A stretch of 64,000 bases of DNA. Source: a virus. Every line of letters begins with the position of its first letter. Position 1 is the stretch's first letter. Shown one piece after another: positions 58,254-64,000 of the stretch. The translations under genes were made by a program, and so were the position numbers. A model generated the notes under the pieces. It was given only the letters and a program-made list of their open reading frames with translations, was not told where the DNA came from and searched no databases. The stretch covers positions 66,484 to 130,483 of IMG/VR virus record IMGVR_UViG_3300037297_000135. One strand, given 5' to 3'.

Positions 58254-58293
58254 TCTGATATAATTTACATATTAATAGAAGGAGGTAATTTAT

Positions 58294-58878
58294 ATGGGAA
58301 TTAGTTTACAAAAAGGTCAAAAAATAGATTTAACTAAAACAAATCCTGGATTAAAAAATATATTTGTTGGTTTAGGATGGGATACTAAAAAATATGATGG
58401 TGGACATGATTTTGATTTAGATACACAAGCTGTATTAATAGGTGATGATGGAAAGGTTGTTAATAAAAAAACTAGTATAATATTTTACAACAACTTAAAA
58501 AATGAATCTGGTGCAATTCAACATTTAGGTGATAATTTGACTGGTGAAGGTGAAGGAGATGATGAACAAATAAAAATCAATCTTTCAATGGTTCCAGAAA
58601 ACGTTCAAAAAATTGCTTTTACTGTAACAATTCATGAATTTGATATAAGACAACAAAACTTTGGTCAGGTTTCAAATGCATTCATCCGTATTGTTAATGA
58701 AGAATCAAATGAAGAATTAATCAGATATGATTTAAGTGAAGATTTCAGCATTGAAACTGCTGTAGTTGTTGGTGAATTATATAGACATGAAAATGAATGG
58801 AAGTTTAATGCAATTGGTAGTGGACTTCAAAATGGGTTAAAAGGTGTATGTGATAATTTTGGTGCAAAATTAGATTAA
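58294..58878 (+). CDS. terD: TerD-family stress protein
   Basis: [45 protein letters not shown]. Confidence 0.95.
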   Translation: MGISLQKGQKIDLTKTNPGLKNIFVGLGWDTKKYDGGHDFDLDTQAVLIGDDGKVVNKKTSIIFYNNLKNESGAIQHLGDNLTGEGEGDDEQIKINLSMVPENVQKIAFTVTIHEFDIRQQNFGQVSNAFIRIVNEESNEELIRYDLSEDFSIETAVVVGELYRHENEWKFNAIGSGLQNGLKGVCDNFGAKLD

Positions 58879-58895
58879 CATAAGGATAAATAATA

Positions 58896-59135
58896 TTGAA
58901 AAAATATAATTGTGATTTTTGTAATCATACTGGTTTGTTTGTTAATCATAATGGTTATGGTATATTATGTATCAATTGTATGGGTAAAGGTTTTGTTGAA
59001 AGAGAACCAGATGTATTTGCAGGATTACAACGAATAAATAATTGTTCAAAAGTTGCAATTTTAATAAGTGATAATGAATCAAAGATTTTAACATATGAAG
59101 ACTTTTTTGAACAATATAGCAAAAAAAATATTTGA
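58896..59135 (+). CDS. small zinc-finger-like protein
   Basis: CDFC..TG and CINC.GKG. Confidence 0.45.
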   Translation: MKKYNCDFCNHTGLFVNHNGYGILCINCMGKGFVEREPDVFAGLQRINNCSKVAILISDNESKILTYEDFFEQYSKKNI

Positions 59136-59221
59136 TAGAGTGGCCGAGTTTGGCTTTAAGGCACTAGTCTTGAAAACTAGGGGATGTAAAAGTTCCGTGG
59201 GTTCAAATCCCACCTCTATCG
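59134..59221 (+). tRNA. tRNA-Ser(TGA)
   Basis: GATAGAG/CTCTATC, CTAGT-CTTGAAA-ACTAG, long variable arm, G73. Confidence 0.92.
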
Positions 59222-59335
59222 TTTAATTGATTGGTATAATAGTTAAATATATAGTATTGAAATTTAGTTTCTCCAAAAACAGATTTGTAGTTTATTATTT
59301 ATTTTAGGCAACTATTATATCAATCAATTGTTTAT

Positions 59336-59428
59336 GTGGAATTACTCAAGTCTGGTGAAGAGGATGGTTTGCTAAACCATTAGATTCTGGTAAAACAGGG
59401 TGCGAAGGTTCGAATCCTTCATTCCACG
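59336..59428 (+). tRNA. tRNA-Ser(GCT)
   Basis: GTGGAAT/ATTCCAC, ATGGT-TTGCTAA-ACCAT, long variable arm, G73. Confidence 0.92.
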
Positions 59429-59630
59429 TTTTTATGCAGTTAGTATTTGTTTACTTAATTATTTCTATTATATTTATTACATTTTTATTAATTTGATATT
59501 GTATAAAGAACTTTTATAAATCTCCTTAAAAATGGTCAATATTTTATTTTTTTATTCATTTTATAAAAGTTCTTTTTTTATGTTATAATTTATATATATA
59601 TTTATTTTATTTTATAGGGGAGATTAACAA

Positions 59631-60350
59631 ATGAATAATAATATGGGAATATATTGTATTCATAATATTAAAAATGGGAAAAGATATATAGGTCAAAGTA
59701 CCAGGCTTGATAAAAGATATGAAGAGCATTTTTACATGTTGAAAAACAAAAAGCATCATTCAATTAAACTTCAAGAAGCTTACACAAAAGAAACTAATAA
59801 AGATATTTTTCAATTTGAGATATTAGAATTTGTAGATAATTCATATGAACTTGATATAAAAGAACAATATTATATTGATTTATATGATTCATATTATAAC
59901 GGTTATAATTGTATTTCTGCTTCAAATTGTATTCCAAAAAAGAAATATTCTGAAGATTATTTAAGGTTTAATTATAAAAATTTTATAAAGATAAATATTG
60001 ATGAATTAATGCTGCAGCTCAAAATTTTATCTTTTACTGAAAAGGTTTTTTTATTTAGTATTTTACCTTATGTTGATTATGATTGCTCTTTAAAGTATAA
60101 AAATGAAAGATATATGAGCATTAAAAATATAATTGCTTTAACTTCAATTCCTAAAACTACTGTATATAATTCAATCAATAGTCTTATACAAAAAAAGATA
60201 ATTTATAAAATTAAAAATAACAATAAAACAATAATATTTATTAATCCGTGGTTATTTTTAAAAGGAAATAAATTAGATGAAATTTTAAAAATTATTTTTG
60301 CTAATTATAAAATTAAAAGTTTAAATAAAAAATGGTGTTCATTAAAATAA
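59631..60350 (+). CDS. GIY-YIG endonuclease fused to a RepL-like wHTH domain
   Basis: GIY.I...NGKRYIGQS..L..R..EH...E..YI; C-terminal half aligns by eye to 45461..45970. Confidence 0.75.
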   Translation: MNNNMGIYCIHNIKNGKRYIGQSTRLDKRYEEHFYMLKNKKHHSIKLQEAYTKETNKDIFQFEILEFVDNSYELDIKEQYYIDLYDSYYNGYNCISASNCIPKKKYSEDYLRFNYKNFIKINIDELMLQLKILSFTEKVFLFSILPYVDYDCSLKYKNERYMSIKNIIALTSIPKTTVYNSINSLIQKKIIYKIKNNNKTIIFINPWLFLKGNKLDEILKIIFANYKIKSLNKKWCSLK

Positions 60351-60602
60351 AAATTTATAGTATATGATAATGAATATATTAGTGTATTTTAACGAAATGA
60401 CATATTTTATAAAGAAAAGAGAATCTTTTATAAAATCATATTTTATCATATACTATAAATTATAATTTTATTATATTTAATTATGTGGTAACAGTCAATA
60501 CATTTTGCTATTGTATTTAAATGTAACATTATAAATTAAAATGTAACATAATCAATGTTACATTAAAAATAATTATGTTATATAATGTATTTGGGTGATT
60601 AA

Positions 60603-60923
60603 ATGGATAAAATATTGAAAAAAGAAAAATTTAATTTTATAGTTAGAAATATAATTAATTCCGTATGTATATTTATTACAATAGTTCCTATTATATATTT
60701 TATATGTAATAGTGATTATATTGTTGCAATGTTTATATTTTTTATATTAATAATTCAAATACTTTTTTTATTTAAAGAAAATAAAGAATATAAAAAATAT
60801 ATAAGTTTTATTTCTGATATAAATGATTGTGAATATTGTAATTGTGTTTTGTTTAATCATAAAATTAAAATATATAAAATTAAAAAGGAAATTTTGACTA
60901 ATTATGAAAAAAAGAAAAAATAA
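60603..60923 (+). CDS. hypothetical membrane protein
   Basis: Two TM segments. Confidence 0.45.
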   Translation: MDKILKKEKFNFIVRNIINSVCIFITIVPIIYFICNSDYIVAMFIFFILIIQILFLFKENKEYKKYISFISDINDCEYCNCVLFNHKIKIYKIKKEILTNYEKKKK

Positions 60924-61140
60924 TACAGGCTATTATAGAAAATTGCCTTCTGGTTCATATGAACTTAGTATTTCTTTAGGATTTGATAAAAATGGTAAAA
61001 GACATCGTGTATATAAAATAGTATATGTTGAATCAAATGAAGAAGCTGAAATTGAGCTAAGAAAATTCGCACAAGAAAATATTGAAAATTGTGTTAATCC
61101 AAGAACAAAATTTTATACAAAAAAAAGAAATACTATTTAA
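60904..61140 (+). CDS. integrase-type arm-binding-like small protein
   Basis: GYYRKLPSGSYEL.ISLG.D..GKR.R.YK resembles integrase N-terminal arm-binding domains; no catalytic domain follows. Confidence 0.45.
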   Translation: MKKRKNNTGYYRKLPSGSYELSISLGFDKNGKRHRVYKIVYVESNEEAEIELRKFAQENIENCVNPRTKFYTKKRNTI

Positions 61141-61429
61141 TGTATTTCTTTTTTAGCATCTATTAAATGAAAACAAAAATCATCAACTATTTCATTTTTT
61201 ACAACTTGAATTAAAAATGTATGCATTTTCAAATTCCTAATTTATTTTTTTATAGTTTTAAACCCAGTATGGCTCATACTGGGTTTTTGTCTTATGTTTT
61301 TTGTGTTTGTTTCTTTTGTACTGAACAAAATTTTAAAAAAGGTTTATTTATACTATAGATAATACTACAAAAATATTATATATCAAATCAAATAATTTGT
61401 CTATATAAAAAATATTACAAAAATATTTT

Positions 61430-61651
61430 TTATTCAATTAATTCTGTAAACATTTGTTTTTGAGTAACATTAAAAAATTTACATATTTTTTGTCTAATGA
61501 TATAATTGGGCAAATAATTTTCTTTTTCAATTTTATATATCATTGGTTGTGAAACATTACACATTTCAGACAGTTGTTTTTGTGTCATATTTTTCCATAC
61601 TCTATATTTTTGTAGATTATTTTTATATTTTATTTTATTTTTATTTGCCAT
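61430..61651 (-). CDS. XRE/Cro-like HTH protein
   Basis: NNLQKYR...MTQKQLSE..NVSQ..IYKIE...Y.P. Confidence 0.8.
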   Translation of the reverse strand: MANKNKIKYKNNLQKYRVWKNMTQKQLSEMCNVSQPMIYKIEKENYLPNYIIRQKICKFFNVTQKQMFTELIE

Positions 61652-61665
61652 AAATTCAAACTCCT

Positions 61666-62067
61666 TTATTTAATTTTTTTTATATATTCATTAATCCATT
61701 TATTTTCTTCATATTCATTTGATATTTTAAAACCTTCATCAGTTCCCCAAAATTTTAATTGTTGTATTATATATTCAATTTTTTCTTCTGTTTGTGGTAT
61801 ATAAATACAACATGGACATCTTGAAGTTTTTTGAAAACAGTTTTTATGGTCTATAACAATCATCCCATCTGTCCAAAATGTTGTAGAATTAATATTTGTA
61901 TTTATAAATCCATAAATACAATTTCCTTTAATTGCATATTGTTTAGGTGTATTTTCAAATTGCTCAATGATATATCCTTCTTTTTTTAATCTTTCAAAAA
62001 AAAGTTTTTCAATCTTTTTCTGTTTTTTTTGATTTCGAATTGTTGATTTTTTCATTTTTTTTATCAT
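61666..62067 (-). CDS. hypothetical protein
   Basis: 133-aa ORF. Confidence 0.5.
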   Translation of the reverse strand: MIKKMKKSTIRNQKKQKKIEKLFFERLKKEGYIIEQFENTPKQYAIKGNCIYGFINTNINSTTFWTDGMIVIDHKNCFQKTSRCPCCIYIPQTEEKIEYIIQQLKFWGTDEGFKISNEYEENKWINEYIKKIK

Positions 62068-62215
62068 CCTTAAAACAATCTTTTACTCCTGCCATTATTT
62101 TACCTGAATTACTTATTATAGTTCCACCACATTCACAAAATATTGGATTTCCTATTTTATATTCTATATCATGTTCTTTGTTACATTTCCAGCATAACAA
62201 AATCATATTTATCAC
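62009..62215 (-). CDS. zinc-ribbon protein
   Basis: CWKC and CECGG. Confidence 0.45.
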   Translation of the reverse strand: MINMILLCWKCNKEHDIEYKIGNPIFCECGGTIISNSGKIMAGVKDCFKDDKKNEKINNSKSKKTEKD

Positions 62216-62297
62216 CCTTGTTTATTATACCATATTTACATTTTTATTCTTTAATGATATTATTTTTATGCTAAAAAAAAATATAAAGGAGATTTAA

Positions 62298-62651
62298 ATG
62301 GCTATAACAAAAGAACAATATTATCAAAGAATAAAAGATTTATTTGTATTTGAACCTGTTATAAAAGAAATTCATCTTTCAAATATAAATAAGCTAGGTA
62401 ATTTTAATTGCTATATATGTAAATTTAAAATAAAAGATTATAACTTTAAATTTGCATTAAATTATACTAATAAAGGACATCAGTATATAGTTATGTTTTA
62501 TAATAGTTTTACTAATAAGCATGAACCTAGACCGATTAAAACTGAAGAAGATATTATAAAATTTATATATGTAAAATTATTGAATTTATTTTTAAACAAA
62601 TTCAATAAAAATTATATAGATTTTAATGATATTAATTTTATTAAACTTTAA
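62298..62651 (+). CDS. hypothetical protein
   Basis: AAGGAG RBS. Confidence 0.55.
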   Translation: MAITKEQYYQRIKDLFVFEPVIKEIHLSNINKLGNFNCYICKFKIKDYNFKFALNYTNKGHQYIVMFYNSFTNKHEPRPIKTEEDIIKFIYVKLLNLFLNKFNKNYIDFNDINFIKL

Positions 62652-62665
62652 ATAGGAGTGATTTT

Positions 62666-63022
62666 ATGAAAAAATATACAGTAAAAATAATTATAATTTT
62701 AATTATGATTGGAATAATTGGAATTATTTTTTCAATTTGTTTAAATAAAAATGAACAAGATATTAGAATTAAAGCTACAGAATTAAAAATAAAATCAATA
62801 AGATTATCAAATGATGCTCTTATTGGCGAATTAGAAAATACATTAAATAAAGATATGAATATGGTTTATGTAAAATTTATATTCAAAGATAAAAATGGAA
62901 ATATTGTTAAAGAAACTTCAGATAGCAATGAAAAATTAAAAAAAGGATTTACATGGTTAGTTGAAGTTAAAATTCCAGATATTAAATATAAAGATTATAC
63001 ATATGAAATATGGTATGAATGA
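62666..63022 (+). CDS. membrane-anchored FxLYD-like beta-sandwich protein
   Basis: TM, then GELEN...V.VKF.FKDKNG.IV...D...L.KG..W. Confidence 0.5.
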   Translation: MKKYTVKIIIILIMIGIIGIIFSICLNKNEQDIRIKATELKIKSIRLSNDALIGELENTLNKDMNMVYVKFIFKDKNGNIVKETSDSNEKLKKGFTWLVEVKIPDIKYKDYTYEIWYE

Positions 63023-63045
63023 TAATGTTCAAATTTGTAAGAATC

Positions 63046-63078
63046 AAAAATAGACCAAAAAATTTGGTCTATTTTTTT
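63046..63078 (+). terminator. Rho-independent terminator
   Basis: AAAAATAGACCAAA/TTTGGTCTATTTTT. Confidence 0.75.
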
Positions 63079-63212
63079 TAGATTTGATATTGTATTATTT
63101 TATTTATGTGGTATAATTTTCTTTAGGACGATTCAAACGGTTAGCTGAAACTAACCGTCATAATTTTTTTGTAAAAGATATTTAATTTTTAAACTTGCTT
63201 ATAAGAAATGAT

Positions 63213-63427
63213 ACTTAAATACTTAAAAACTTAATATTGCTAAAAACTTAAAAACTTAAAAACTTAATAATTTAATAATAAATTTTAAAGCTTTTTTTCT
63301 AAAAAATTTAATAATAAAATTTTAAAATTAAATCTTTTTTTCTAAAAAACTTAATAATAAATTTTAAAATTTAAAGCTTTTTTTCTAAAAACTTAATAAT
63401 AAAATTTAAAATTCAAGCTTTTTTTCT
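63213..63427. repeat. 8-bp ACTTAAAA repeats followed by four imperfect 35-43-bp tandem repeats
   Basis: TTAATAATAAA...AAGCTTTTTTTCT units at 63272, 63308, 63351, 63393. Confidence 0.85.
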
Positions 63428-63569
63428 CCCACGAATCAAGGCTATGCTTAAGTACGCCCCGAATATGTTTATATCTTAACATATACTTTTTTTAAAGTCA
63501 ATACTTTATTTTATATTTTTTCATTAAAAAAGTATATACAAAAATTTAAAAAAATTGGAGGAATCAAAA

Positions 63570-64000
63570 ATGTTTAATTATAGTTTTAATTTAGAACTAT
63601 CCAAAAGATATGACATTAGACCTGCTATTTTAATAGAAAATATTGCTATGTGGGTAAAAGAAAATATTAAAGAAAATAATTGCAACCATATTTGTATGTC
63701 AATGAATGAAATGTCTGATTTATCAAAAATGTTCAGTGTTAGACAAATCAGATATATTCTTGATAAGTTAATAAAAAAAGGTGTTCTTGGTATTAGTATG
63801 TGTAAAAACACAAGAACATATACAATTAAAGATAAATATATTATTGAGCTTTATAATATAGAATATCTTGATGAAGATAAAGATAACAAAAACAATCCAG
63901 ATAATTGTAAGAAAGAACCAGAACAACCTATTGACAAAAATGGTCAATGCCAAAAGTGTCAAATAGCTTCAAACACTGATAAAAAGTGCAATAAAAAGCT
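63570..64000 (+). CDS. putative replication initiator-like wHTH protein (runs off the window end)
   Basis: GGAGG RBS; open to 64000: FNLELSKRYDIRPAILIENIAMWVKEN...FSVRQIRYILDKLIKKGVL. Confidence 0.55.
   Translation, partial: MFNYSFNLELSKRYDIRPAILIENIAMWVKENIKENNCNHICMSMNEMSDLSKMFSVRQIRYILDKLIKKGVLGISMCKNTRTYTIKDKYIIELYNIEYLDEDKDNKNNPDNCKKEPEQPIDKNGQCQKCQIASNTDKKCNKK

Noticed and set aside
59228-59300. Additional tRNA (Trp-like CTCCAAA) between the two tRNA-Ser genes
   Set aside because: Anticodon stem incomplete, no T loop or acceptor pairing; at most a decayed remnant.
1-64000. Stop-codon recoding
   Set aside because: Long conserved genes (dnaE, recJ, dnaB) are intact in the standard code and no suppressor tRNA was found.
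1-64000. Retron, DGR or other RT-based system
   Set aside because: No ORF with reverse-transcriptase motifs in the window.

Overview
Very AT-rich 64-kb segment of a large Firmicutes (probably clostridial, inferred from SLH and TerD genes) phage or phage-plasmid; no virion genes are in the window. 1-21.5 kb (+): a replication/nucleotide module in SPbeta-like order (RecU, vWA protein, SSB-like, AAA ATPase, DnaB, DnaG, Tmk, RecJ, Nudix pair, DNA MTase, DnaE) with two tRNAs. 21.5-41 kb (-): a tyrosine recombinase followed by about 35 small accessory genes; from 32.3 to 40.5 kb each gene is separated from the next by a conserved, covarying, bulged hairpin (13 copies, two identical over 79 bp), giving a cassette-like array. 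41-44.1 kb is almost non-coding (a ~950-nt structured-RNA candidate, T-tracts, iteron-like repeats). 44-64 kb is a mixed-strand accessory/regulatory region (RepL-like, XRE paralogues, XRE-HipA_N fusion, YkgJ pair, YHYH-SLH, ThyX-like, TerD, two tRNA-Ser, GIY-YIG-RepL fusion, initiator-like ORF with upstream repeats). Top leads: the hairpin-delimited gene array, a circularly permuted tRNA-like (YrlA/Y-RNA-like) RNA at ~56.1 kb, the large ncRNA candidate, and a tRNA scaffold with a 99-nt insertion in its anticodon loop. All family assignments come from motif recognition by eye, not database searches.
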